64,000 bases of DNA from Lama glama (lineage: Eukaryota). The stretch is taken from the NCBI GenBank assembly GCA_028534125.1, contig CM052817.1, positions 105,650,001 to 105,714,000 of the forward strand. The letters are read 5' to 3'. How positions within the stretch are numbered: position 1 is the first letter of the stretch; each line of letters opens with the position of its first letter. The position numbers were made by a program, and so were the translations under genes. This document shows, piece after piece, positions 1-12,654 of the stretch. The notes beneath the pieces were generated by a model. That model saw only the letters and a program-made list of their open reading frames with translations, was not told the origin of the DNA and made no database searches.

Positions 1-2733
1 TTCACCTTAAATTCACTTTTGTTTTCAGTCAGAATGCAGTCACTGTATTGGGTCAGTGATCTCTGTCTCCTAAGTCTAAACTCAGTCTTCCAAAGTACCC
101 GGGGTGTGCATACTTTCTGGCAATCGTGCAGCAACTTCTAAAGAAAGATCGCAGAATGAAAGTTGCAGGATGAAAAAAGGCAGACTTTCATATTGTAATG
201 ATGCATGTTTTTCCATTAGATCCTTTCTAGATCTAATACTAGAAAGGATTTCATACTTTCTATTATGAAACGATTCTGTTAGATCTTTTAATAGACCTAA
301 TTAAAAGGATTAGGATTCTTTTAATTAGAGAAGAATTCTATTAGATCTTTCCTAATACTGAGAAGAACACTGGTTTATTCCAGTTCAATAAAGTTATTAT
401 GGACTTTTGAGAAATATATCCATCAACCTTTAGTACCCAGTTTTGTATCTATTATTAAACACTTTATGGTTTTGAGCTAATAAATGTTTTTAACTGATTC
501 TATATAGATTTCCAAATTTCCAGAGACATAATTATACTAATTATACTTTATTTTCTGTAAGTTGTCTATTTTTATTTTTAATTTAATATTGCATCAGAAT
601 CACATTTTGATTTTTAATTTCTATAACCGTTAAAAATATCAGCTTTATGTATGTGTTCTTAAAGGAACTAGCCTTTCCATATGGAGTATTCAGTTATTTA
701 CACTTTATGCTCTAATAACTGTTACATAAATTACAGTTTTATTATATTAGTTCAATTTAGTCACATGGTGGTATACTGTTTAACCGGGTAATAGAAAGAA
801 ATAGTTCAGTTTCCTTGAGATGTGACGTCTACTTGAAATGATTTATTAATACTTCTCCAAAATACTATAAATGCACTGGTAATTTATTTCCCTTTACAAT
901 TTAAAACACGATTTTTCAAGGATCTTAAATACACCTTATCTATTACTACATGAAGCCTTATTCAGAATTTATATTTAGATTCCAAGTAGCCACATACCAG
1001 TAGACACTTCACTGGGGACATTTATTTTGTGATCAGTACCAGATAAGACGATTAAGGCCAGTTGTTTCCAGTGTTCCCTTTGGCTAATTTCAAAACCCAA
1101 ACTCCACACTCAGTCATGTTAATAAGTAAGTGTGAACATGTGAGAGATGCAGAGAAGATGTTGTTAGCACATCATGCTTCATGCAGAAGTTGCTCAATAA
1201 ATATTTGTAAATTATTCTCTTAAAACTCAAAATAAGCAAATCTGATTGTATACTTTCCTTAAATTTTATTCATGAACAAAATTCATATAGTTAGACCTTC
1301 TTGTATATCTTCCATTTTAAGTCACAGACATTTACTGAGTTATATTTAGAGAATAAAATTGAATCATATGTAGTCTCAACCATTCAATGTGTTTGTAATA
1401 GTATATTATTAAATACTGATATTATTTGACTTTAATAGTATATCAAATATTTTTCAAATAAAGTCAACCATTTAAATTGCTGAGATATTTTAATAAGACA
1501 TCAAATATCATTTGGGAAATTAAGAAATTTTCAGCAAATAGACACTTTTAAATATTAGCTTTTGTTTAAAATAAGAAGAGCTTTACTTAAAGATCTTTAT
1601 GAACGCCACTTGGGTTCTAAATCCAATGTAGAAACCCTCTGCTGGTCCTTACAGTTTCTGTTTTTAATGCACTGCCAATTGGAAGAAAAGATAAGTTCAT
1701 GGAGTGCACTTCCTAACTAAGAACGACTGTAACAATTGGCTTGAAACGTTCTCTGGAGGATTATTGACTTTTTAATTCAGGCTGCCATCAATCCCCATTT
1801 ATATTTCATAATATGTATCCTGGGAAAAATAAGCTACGTTTAAATGTGTGGCTTGTCACTGAGGTTAAACATTGTTGTGCCAATCACTTATCCATCAATG
1901 TGATGTGAATTCAGAGATTCTTTTTGGACCATCATTTGATACTAGCACACTGAATGAGAAGCATGTCGCATGAGAGTATTATTATTTTTCCAAATTATTT
2001 TTATTACCTATTGAGTATAGAACTCCAATATGACAAAAAATTATTGTTGACTGGTTCCCTTTCAATTCATGCACAAGTGTATCAATAAAGCAGAAACAGC
2101 TGGGAATGCCGGGGGAGGGGAGGGTGGGGTGGGGAACTGAGTATCTTATTTGAACAGTTATCTTTGGGGAGTATCAGAGACAGTATAGGCAACCCATATA
2201 ATGTCTATATTTTCTAATATCAGTGATATAGAATCTGTTGTTATCACTGAGATATTTGATGTGCTTCCTTTCAAACCAATTTTCAAATATATTTAGGCTG
2301 TCTCAAGTTTGTGCTATTCCAAAGAATGTCACATAGAGCATGGAGCCTCAGTTTGGCTGTCAGTTCTGTGACAAGATACACTTTCTCTTGTTAAATATTT
2401 ATTGAAAGTAGTTATCCATTTGGCTCTCTCTATAAGTCTTTTTAAAAAGCTCATCCCCTAACTCCCATGTTGTTAAGTGGTTAGACATTAGGTCAGAATT
2501 TGGAAAGCATCTCTTTCCTCCAGGTCTTTTGGTGATGTAGGTTTGGTGGAAGTATTAAAATATCTCTTTAAAAGGCTATTTGTTTGAATGTCCAATAAAA
2601 TAAAGTGCCACAAGAATGACTCAGTGTTAGATGTATCAAGAGGCTAAACATATGCTGTCACCAGGCCAGCAGGTATAGAAATATTATGAGAGCTATTTTT
2701 GAAAACACATTTGTTATTTTAAAGTATGCTATT

Positions 2734-3176
2734 TAATGTCATTTACAGCAACATGGATAGACGTAGAGATTATCATACTGAATGAAATAAGTCAGACAGA
2801 GAAAGACAAATATATGGTATCACTTATATGTGAAATCTAAAAAAATGATACAAATGAGCTTATTTACAAAGCAAAAAGAGACTCACAGACATAGAAAACA
2901 AATTTATGGTTATTTAAGGGAAAGAGAGGCAGGAATAAATTAGGAATTTGGGATTAGCAGATACACACTACTATATATAAAATAGATAAATAAGGTCCTA
3001 CTGTATAGCACAGGGAACTATATTCAATATCTTGTAATAACCTATAATGAAAAAGAATACATATAGTCATATATATATATAAATGTATGTATAACTGAAT
3101 CACTATGCTGTACACCAGAAACTAACACATTATAAGTCAACTATACTTCAATAACAAAAAGAAAAAGAAAAAGAAA
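2734..3176 (+). mobile_element. 5'-truncated LINE-1, 3' end (cetartiodactyl-type 3'UTR)
   Basis: ORF2 tail (cagcaacatggatagacgtagagattatcatact...), the 3'UTR motif ctactgtatagcacagggaactatattcaatatcttg, and an A-rich tail. Confidence 0.9.
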
Positions 3177-4479
3177 TCTTAAAAAGATTTTCAAATGTGT
3201 CAAGATCACATAACATTTGAGTAGCAGAGTGAGGATTCAAACTCATTTGCCTCAGTCTAAATGTCATTAAATGATACCAAACAAAGTAGTGTTTTCATTA
3301 TCATAGAAGTTTCCAAATATGAGGTCTGTAATTCATGTAAGACTTTCATAAAACAAATATACATCTTAAATGTAAAATATTATGAAAGGATCACCCTCTA
3401 AAATCTAGAAAATTCAGCTATCTAGAATAGCTTGTTTTCAGTATGAATACATGTAATATTTATATTAGAAATAGTAAATTAGATTTTTGTGAAAAACGAC
3501 AATATGCTTTTGGATATCGGAAATAAAATGTCTAAATCACTTGCCTGAAAGTACTCACATTCTCATCTAACTCTCAGAAATCTAAGTTACATGGCCATTT
3601 GAAAATTATATAATTAATGGTCAATCATTGCATAATCCCTAAATCCTCCACAAAGTTTAGTTCCCTAAAATGGCATTTATAGTGTTTGTGGAATGCCTGG
3701 CTCCTGTGGGTAATCAGTGCACGTATGTTTATTGAATGAATGCAGAATTTGTTTCACATAATTGTTGGTGACAAATGAAGTAACTGACTCCCAGTTCAAA
3801 TGTATACAATATGCATCTAACTCCCCACGACACAACTCAAGTTCAAGAAGTATGCATTCATTGAAATAATAAGATACTCAGCTTTGTGCCTCTCCTATAA
3901 ATGCCTCCCTCACTATATTCACTTGTCCTCTTGTTATATCCCTAAAAACACTTCAAAATCCAATTCCAGCACTCTTTTAAAGTGATCTGTGTTGAGCACT
4001 CCTTTCTTTCTGGAGCCATCACATCCTTATCAGCTCAACTGCAGGACATATTATATTGTCTTCCAGTTTTGTGTTCCCTGGCTTCCATTACCGAACGGTG
4101 TACACTTGAGAGTATGAGCCTCATTTTCTCATTCTGTATCAGTGTATCACTTTACAGTTTGTCACAGGTATTGGGTAATCCATTTATGACTCTTTAGTAA
4201 AATAAATAAAAGCATTCAGGTGACAGGCATATTTAGGTTTCCATAAAAACTGGTTCAGTTGACTGAGGAATGGTAAGACAAATGAACAAAGAACTTCTGA
4301 TGGCTGAAATCAATGTAATGAAAGCCAGAGGAGATAATCACTACAGAGACCACAGATATGTTTTATTCCTCCATCTGTTAAGTCTTATTTCATTTTTTAA
4401 ACAATATTTTTCCACATTTTAGAATTTTCTTACAAAGGACTTGGACACCATTTATTGGTTAGATGTATTCATGGATATG

Positions 4480-4995
4480 CAATATGTTTTTTGCTTTATA
4501 AAATTTGTATTATTTAAGATATTTTGAATGTTTCTTGCTGATATTTACAAGTATAATTGTATCATGCAAGCCTACTAAATTTACTTATTCTGACAATTCA
4601 TCTGTACTTTCTTTTATATTTATTTTACTCCATCATATATTTACAGATGTTGGCTATATATTTTAGGATATCCATTATCACAATAAGGAAAATACTTGCT
4701 CATTTTTGTGTGCTGAAAATAAATGACTTTTCTGTCTATATTAAGATCATATTGTTTATCTCCTTTAAACTAATTATGTAGTAAATTATATGGAATAATT
4801 TTTGAGTATCTATAAATAGACAAATATTTCATGGCATGTTATCACTTTTATATTATACTGGATTTTGTTTGATAATATATTTGGGGAACATCTTTATTTT
4901 CACAAATGAAATTGACCAATAATTATTCTTTTTTTAAATAATGCCCTTATCTGATTTTGATATTAAGCTTGTATGGTCCTCAAAACAAATTGGGA
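4480..4995 (-). mobile_element. Highly diverged ancient L1 (L1M-type) fragment
   Basis: T-rich sequence resembling antisense L1 ORF2 (aaatgaaattgaccaataattattc...ttatctgattttgatattaag). Confidence 0.5.
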
Positions 4996-5014
4996 ATTTT
5001 ATTTATTTACCTAC

Positions 5015-5555
5015 TAGTACATAATAAATTAATCTACATCTTCATGGCTAAAAACAGCATTTATTTTTTCTGAGATGATAATGGGCAAATAGAGATAAGA
5101 GATAAATGAGATAAAAAAAATTGAGAATAGCTTAGCTAAGTGGTCCTGGTATGAGGTCTTTTCTGAGGTTTTGAGCAATATATTGGCCAGGGCTGCTGTG
5201 ATCTGAAAGTTCAGTGGGCGCGGGAGGATTCACTTCCAAGATGGCTCCCTCCTCATGACTATTGGTTCTTTGCTGGCTGTGGGGTCACTTGACATATAAG
5301 CATCTCTGTAAGGCTGATGGAGTATTTTTATGACCAGGCAGCTGATTTCTCCAACAGCAAGTGAGCCAAAGACATAGGAAGATGCTACTATATCTTTTAT
5401 AACCTAATATTGGGTATCTTGTACCACAATGTGCCATATTCTATTAATTAACAGTAAGTCATTAAGTCCAGTCCACACATAAGTTGAGAAGAATTGGTCT
5501 CCACCTTTTGAAGACAGGAGTATCAGTGAATTTGTACAGATATTTTAACATTTCC
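5015..5555 (-). mobile_element. MaLR LTR (MLT1-type)
   Basis: Motifs ggccagggctgctgtgatctgaaag and ggaggattcacttccaagatggctc, which are typical of antisense MLT1. Confidence 0.75.
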
Positions 5556-6160
5556 AAAGAAACTCTACACCCCTTTTCTATTCTCTAGAGAAGTTTGTAT
5601 GAGGTTGGTGTTATTCCTTCTATAGATTGGGTATTCTACAGTTTTCTTTGAAAAAAAATTTTAACAAATTTAGTAAATTTATTTTACTATTATTTTAGTA
5701 GTAAATTTTTATCAATGTAATAAGAGTCTCTATTTCTTGTAATACTTTTTGTATAGGGCTGCCAGAAGTTTATGTTTCTAGAAATACATTAGTTTTATTT
5801 AAAGTTATGTACTGGCATGAAGTTGATTATAATCTCTCTTTTGTTTTCAGCATTTCTGTAAGAATTTTAACTTTTAGTCTGACTTTTATTCTTTTGTGTG
5901 TCATTTTGTTTCTTGAGATTGCTTTGTATGATTTTTTTCTTTTTCTTTGTTGTTCTGCAGTTTCACTATAATGTATACAGGTGACCAGGATTTTACATTC
6001 TATTCAGAAAGATGATTGATCAGAATTGATAAGAATCACATATCCAATATTATTGGAAGCAGAAAGTTCTCAAGTGGTCCAGATATCATGTTTAGTCTAT
6101 TGATTCTCACTTTTTTATGTGTAGCATTGTGTTTAAGCCATCTCATTGCTAATGTCTGTG

Positions 6161-6162
<2 letters not shown>

Positions 6163-6196
<34 letters not shown>

Positions 6197-6208
6197 TGTA
6201 TATATATG
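6163..6208. repeat. (TA)n/(CA)n microsatellite
   Basis: tatatatatatatatatatatatacacacatatatgtatatatatg. Confidence 0.9.
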
Positions 6209-6504
6209 AATAAGTTTGATATAATTTTTATTTTTACCACTAATTAATTCAGAATTTTCTGATTAAGTTTTTTACCCAGTCAAAATGCAGTTATCAAATC
6301 ATGAAATTTATAGAATTTCATGATCTAATTTACAATCCATATTGATTTGTTGACAATCTTTCCAATAATAACTTTGTAGCTCATTTTTCCTGGCCTGGCA
6401 TCCATTCTGGATTCCACTTTGCATTTCTTTAATATTTCTTTTTAGTATCTTTTAGTCCACAAACTTTCTTCAGCCTTTCTTTATCTTTCTTTTCTTTCTC
6501 TATC

Positions 6505-7325
6505 AAAGTAAAATACACATAACCTCAAACCGTTCTAAAGTGTGGCTTACAGTACATTTAAAATGTTGGGCAACCATCCCGCTAATTCTAAAACGTTTTC
6601 ATTATCCCCCCAATAAGGCTCATATCCATTAAGCAGTCATTTCCCACTTCTCCCTCCCCTCTGCCCCCTGCAACCATGAACATACTTTCTATCCTGATTC
6701 ATTTACACATTCTGGACATTTCATAGAAAACAGGCTCACACAGCGTGTAGTCTTCTGGGTCATGCTGTTTTCACTTAGCGTGATATCGCAGCAGAATGTT
6801 ATAGCATATATCAGTACTTCTTTCCTTCTTATTACCAAAATATTTTATTGTATGGTTACACATTTTATTTTTCTATTCACCAGTTGGTAGTTGTTTATAT
6901 CATTTCCACTTGGTGGTTATTATGAATATTCACATACATGTTTGTTATGGAAAACCTGTTTCACTCATCATTTGTATAAACGTAGGCTTGACATTGCTGG
7001 TCACGTGGAGATTCTACACGTTAACAGTCTGAGGAACCACTGATGTCTTCCACGGTGGCTGCATCATTTTACATTGCCAGCAGCAGCAATGTGCCAGAGT
7101 TCCAATTTCTATACATATTATTTTCTGTATTTATTTTGTTGTTTCATAACCACTGTAGTGTGTATAAGTAGTATCACGCTGTGATTTTAATTTGCCTTTC
7201 TGTGATGTCTAGTGAACTTTGACATCTTTTGATGAGCTTATTATAAGGCTCTTTGCCTATTTTTGGAGACGCGTCTATGTCTATTCAAATCAATAGCCCA
7301 CATTTGAATTGAATAGTATGACTTT
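6505..7325 (-). mobile_element. Older L1 (L1MB-like) 3' portion, left half of an interrupted element
   Basis: Antisense L1 3'UTR (gtaaaatacacataac...ccccTgcaaccatgaacatactttctat...ttttcacttagcgtgat) running into ORF2. The element resumes at about 9598. Confidence 0.8.
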
Positions 7326-7839
7326 TGTGTGTGTGTGGAACTAAATTCTATTCTCTCAGCAAGTTTCAATTATCACTACAGTGTTATCTACTGTAGTCAC
7401 CATGTTATACATTAGATCCTCAGACCTTACTCATCTTATAACTGACAGTTTGTACCTTTTTAACCAACTTCTCCCAATTTCCGCCATTCCCCCTGGCCCC
7501 TGGCAACCACTTTTCTACTCTCTGCTTCTAGAAGTTAAACTTTTCTTTTTTTAATTCCACATGTAAGTGATACCATGCAGTATTTGTTTTTCTTTGTCTG
7601 GCTTATTTCACTTAGCATAATGCACTCCAGGTTTATCTGTGTTGTTGCAAATGACAGGGTTTCCTTCTTTTTTTAAGACTGAGTAATATCACATTTTCTT
7701 TACCCATTCATCCGTTAACAGCCACTTAGGTTGTTTCCATACTTCGGCTATTGTGAATAATGTTGCTCTGAAGAGGAGAGAGATGTCCTTACATACAGCT
7801 GTCTCTTTAAGATAATAGTTGTATTTCCTTTGATTATAT

Positions 7840-8399
7840 TGTTGCAGAAAAGCGTGTGACAGCTCAGTGTTGTAGCTCAATGTTACAGCTCAGTGTTTCA
7901 GCTTGGTGTTACAGCTCATTTGTGACAGCAACTTGGATCCGGGTGAGAGACCAAGCAGCACTCGGAGAATTGGAGAACTCAGGTTTATTATGCCAGCGGG
8001 CCTAGAGGAGTTAACACTCCAAGCTCTGGACCCCGTCTGTAGGTTTACACAGTCTTTAATAGACTACCAGTCTATTTGCAACATTTTATAACATCATATG
8101 CAAAAAATGTACAGCAAAGATGACTAATTAAGAATGAGCTTTGTAGAAATGGACCAATCAAGAGTGAGAGAAATGGACCAATCAGGAGTGAGGGAAATGG
8201 GCCAATCAGGAGTGAGCTCTGTGCTAATGAAGCACTACAAATGGGCCAATCAGGAGTTAGCTCAGGGAACCAATAGAATTCTAGGGGTAAGCCATTTCAG
8301 AGGCAAAAAATGAGATAAAGCTGCTGGGCCAGGGTACCTGATGGTGCTGGCAAGGGGTCCTATACCAGTCTTTTTTATGGGGCTTCCACCTGAATATCA
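7840..8399 (-). mobile_element. Solo ERV LTR with a 13-bp tandem array and a 24-bp CCAAT-box array
   Basis: Starts TG at 7840 and ends near CA at 8398-8399, cleanly interrupting the L1. On the minus strand the order is ATTGG array, TATTAAA (8061-8055), AATAAA (7989-7984), which fits U3-R-U5. Confidence 0.75.
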
Positions 8400-8604
8400 C
8401 CTGAAGTGGGGTTGCTGGATCATCAGGTATTTGTATATATAATATTAATATAAAATAAAAATTTAAAAAATATTTTGCTATAGAAAGCCCTGACCAGTCA
8501 AATTTGGAACATACTTGTTTTTAATACCCATTAGATTTTCTTTCTTATTGGCTCAATTCAGGGACTGTTACAAACCGTGATCAGCCAGGTTGGTTAGGGC
8601 CAGC

Positions 8605-8730
8605 ATAAAATGTAGACTGCACTGGCCCAGAAGTCAGAGCTCCCTGGATTTTAATCTCAGCTCTTCACTGTAACAAGTTGTGTGACCTGTGGATGCCATT
8701 AACCTCTCTTGTGACTCATCTTTAAATGAC
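8605..8730 (+). mobile_element. MIR fragment
   Basis: agaagtcagagctccctggattttaatctcagctcttcactgtaacaagttgtgtgacctgtggatgccattaacctctc resembles the MIR core. Confidence 0.7.
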
Positions 8731-9301
8731 CATGACTATGAAGCCTTCAGCACATTCTACAGTGTCTATGAATGTAATATAATTTTCACTCTTAAGGTAC
8801 TGCTGCTGATGATATTATTTTCTATCATTAGAGTAACTGATACATGTCACAGAGGAGACATAAATCAAATCTAATTTTTCCTGGTGAGGCTAAAGCTCAG
8901 AAGGAATCTGTATCAGTCAGGCAAAAAGGGGGAATGTATTGACTGGGAACTAGATCTATTTTTAATTTCTTGAGGAACCTCCATATTGTTTTCCACAGTG
9001 GCTGCACCAATTCACATTTCCACCAAGAGTATACAAGGGGTTCCTTTTCTCCACGTCCTCACCAACGTTTGTTCTATCCTATCTTTTTGATAATAGACAT
9101 CCTAACAGATGTAAAATGATATCTCATTGTGGCTTTGATTTGCATTTCCCTGGTGATCAGTGATATTGAGCATCATGCCATACATCTGTTAGCCATTGTA
9201 TGTCTTCTTTGGAAAAAATGTCTATTTAGACCCTTTGCCCATTTTTTAACTGAGTTTTTTTTTTTCTATTAAGTTATAAGGTTATTTTGTGGAAGAGGGC
9301 A

Positions 9302-9444
9302 GTGGGAAGTAATTAGGTTGGCTCGTTGCTTGATTGGTTTATTTATTTGTTTGACTGTTTATTTTTAGAGGAGGTACTGGGAATTGAACCCAGACCTTGT
9401 GAATGCTAAGTATGTGCTCTACCACTTAAGCTATATCTTCCCCC
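9302..9444 (-). mobile_element. tRNA-derived SINE (camelid vic-1-like)
   Basis: The reverse complement reads gggggaagatatagcttaagtggtagagcacatacttagcattcacaaggtctgggttcaattcccagtacctcc, containing A and B boxes, followed by an aataaa...cctaattac tail. Confidence 0.85.
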
Positions 9445-9461
9445 ATGTATGATTTTTTTAA

Positions 9462-9494
<33 letters not shown>

Positions 9495-9597
9495 TTCAGA
9501 TATTAACTCCTTTTTAGATACTCATTTGTAAATGTTTTCTCCCATTCTGTAAGTTGCCTTTCCATTTAGTTGATGGTTTCCTTTGCTGTGCAGAAGA

Positions 9598-10535
9598 GGT
9601 TATTTGCATTTTGGTTGCTGAGTTGTAACTCCTCATTATGTGCTCTGGATACTCATCTCATCAGATATCGCTTGTCATTTTTCCCTTTTCTGTCAGTTGT
9701 ATTTGCACTTTCTTGATAGTGTCCTGTGATGCTCCAAAATCTTTAATTTTAATGAAGTCCAATTTGCCTATTTTTCTTTTGTTGCTTGTGTTTTGGGGTC
9801 ATATCTAAGAAACTCTGGTCAAATACAAAGTCACAAAGATTTACCCCTATGCTTTCTTCTGACTGTTTTACTTTTCTAGCTCCTACATGTAGGTCTTTGA
9901 TTCATTCTGAGTTAATTTCATTAGGGTGTGAGGTTTGTGTCCAGACTCATTGTTTTGCATGTGGATAACCAGTTGTGCCAGCATCAGTTCTTAAAAAGAC
10001 TATTTCTTGGTATCCTTGTCAAAAATCAATTGACTATAGATGTATGGGTTTATGTCTGTGCTCCTTATTCTAAGTCCATAGATTCATAAGTTTTATCTTT
10101 ATGCCAGTACCACGTTATTTTGATTACTACAGCTTTGTAATATAATTGGAAAGCAGAAGATAGGAGAACTCCAGTTTCACTCTTCTTCTCAGAACTGTTG
10201 TGGCTCTTTGGGGCCCCATGATTCTGTGTGAATCTGAAGATAAGCTCTTCCATTTCTGCAAAAAGAAAACACAGTTAGGAATTTTGATAGTGATTACATT
10301 GTGTCTATAGATCAATTTTGGAGTACTTCTGTCTTACCAATTCCTTGTATCTCATCAATTAATTATTTAAATCCATGAACACATGGTGTCTTTCCAAGTA
10401 TTTAGGTTTTCTTTAAATTATTTCAACAGGTTGTTTAGTGTCCAGCATAAAAGCCTTGCACCTTCTTGGTGGAAATAACTCCTAAGTATTTTAATTTTTG
10501 GATGTACTGTAAATGGAATTGTTATCTTAATTTTT
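9598..10535 (-). mobile_element. Older L1 ORF2 fragment, right half of the element at 6505-7325
   Basis: Antisense ORF2. Track ORFs 10065..10253 (...YYKAVVIKITWYWHKD) and 10127..10315 (MIYRHNVITIKIP) are ORF2-like and frameshifted. Confidence 0.85.
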
Positions 10536-10916
10536 TAAGATACTATAGTAAGGAAAAGCTTTTTGTTCTCTCCCATATTTAGACATATGAATATATATTT
10601 ATTTATATATATATATATATTTATTTATACGACTGAACTCATACAGCCTTATGTAATTCCCTCCTTTAGAATTGGTAATTATCTTAATGCTCACATTATT
10701 CCCTGTTTGGTAAATGAGAACCCCTTTAAACCGGTTTTGTATTTTTTTATATGTTTCTATCATTCCTTAAGAGCTTCTTTAGTTGCTGAATCAAGAAATC
10801 CCAGGCTCAGCTTATATCTTCCCTGGAGCCATCTCAGAATAGCTTTTATCCAGGGAATGCTGGTACATTTTAGTGGATAACATTATCTGGAAATGAAGAT
10901 CTGTGGAAATATATAA

Positions 10917-11249
<333 letters not shown>

Positions 11250-12654
11250 TAAAATTTATAACACATTTTACGTTCTTTGGAGAAATGAGAAAATGAGTCT
11301 TGGTGGCAAAAGTATGTCATGAATATGAAAAAAACATGGTTGTACCTAAGACATCATATTTGAAATAGAGTCCTTTAAGATTTTTAGTGTTTTAAATAAT
11401 AGTCTTGTCATAATGATTAGTTATGTCATTATTTTTGTGATGAGTAAAATATTAAATTTTTTTTTAAAAAATGTGTCCTCTGAATTACAGCAGATATGCT
11501 GAACAGAATAATTGGATCTCTTCATTGAATATGTTCCTGAAGAGACCATTTAAATTTTAAATCATACATTAAAATATGTATTACAGAAAGTGTCAATAAT
11601 ATAGAAATTCTTTAGTGACTCTTTTGCAGCATACCTTGCAAATGAAGAGAGAGAAAAATCAAAACATTACCAAACATGTTTCACATTTATGTTGTTTTAA
11701 AGTTATGAAGTCCTTACACTCTAATATATAAAATATGCTATGTATGTTCCAACATTCGAAAGTGTAGATATAATTATTCAATTATTATTCAGATGATAAG
11801 AATCACAGATGTGTGGTATGTGAAAAAGCAACCAATCTTTGTAATGTCAAATAGTCTAAATAATGCAAAAGTATTTGCATATATGTTAATTACACTGGTA
11901 AGTAAACAAATGCTTGGATATTTCCATTGCCAAGGGTAGTAAAAAGCCAGTCATTTTACTGGAGTATGTGTTGCTTGGCATTATATTCCTTATTCCAGGC
12001 CTTTAAATTCCTTCAATTCATACTGTTAGAAATGAATATATTTTCATTTTAAAATTATTTCTGTAAACATAGACTGCCCTTTTTATTCAACTTAGTTGAT
12101 ACACTTTATCAGTATACATTTTTATGTAATTAAAAAATTAAATTTGTTTTTGCAAATCAAAAATGACATGAGGAAGTATTTTTGACTTTTAAAACCTGAA
12201 TCCTAGCAATCTCTGTGTTAATGTAAGTAGGCCCAACAAATTTACATGTTTACATCTACTGATTACATCTTGGGGTCTGTACTCTGAGAAGAGGATTGAT
12301 CTGATTATCAGAAATTAAATTGAAGGAAAGGCTATTTAGCTTTCAGTTTTTGTCATCTCTTGGCCATTTAATAGCAGCAAACCTTATTATATGAACATAT
12401 TATATCTTTGTTCCCAGGAATATACAGGAAGACCAGTTTGGGAAGTTGGTTATACCCTAGACTCAACATTAAAAGAGTGGAAGACTTCGTAAGATAGCTA
12501 TTCTCATTTTTAAAAGTAAGAAAAAAATAGGTTAAATTTTGAGAAACTGTGACAAATAATAAAAGATGAGCAGGGAGCACAGCCTGAGAAATAAATCTGG
12601 GTGCACAAGAGTGTGCAATTCCATGTGACTTTATATATGGTTACATATTACCAA

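Larger units (their letters stand above)
7335..9596 (-). mobile_element. Younger L1 3' portion nested in the older L1, itself interrupted by an LTR, a ~514-bp insert and a SINE
   Basis: Antisense L1 3'UTR and ORF2 motifs at 7340-7838, 8400-8436, 8951-9290 and 9495-9596. Track ORF 7689..7880 (-) ends ...LFTIAEVWKQPKWLLTDEWVKKM, matching the ORF2 C-terminus. Confidence 0.85.

Noticed and set aside
6298..6324. 11-bp inverted repeat atcatgaaatt/aatttcatgat
   Set aside because: Short and very AT-rich; plausible by chance in 64 kb of this composition.
7855..8261. Short regular repeats as a CRISPR-like array
   Set aside because: The units are head-to-tail with no unique spacers, lie inside an LTR in mammalian DNA, and have no cas genes nearby.
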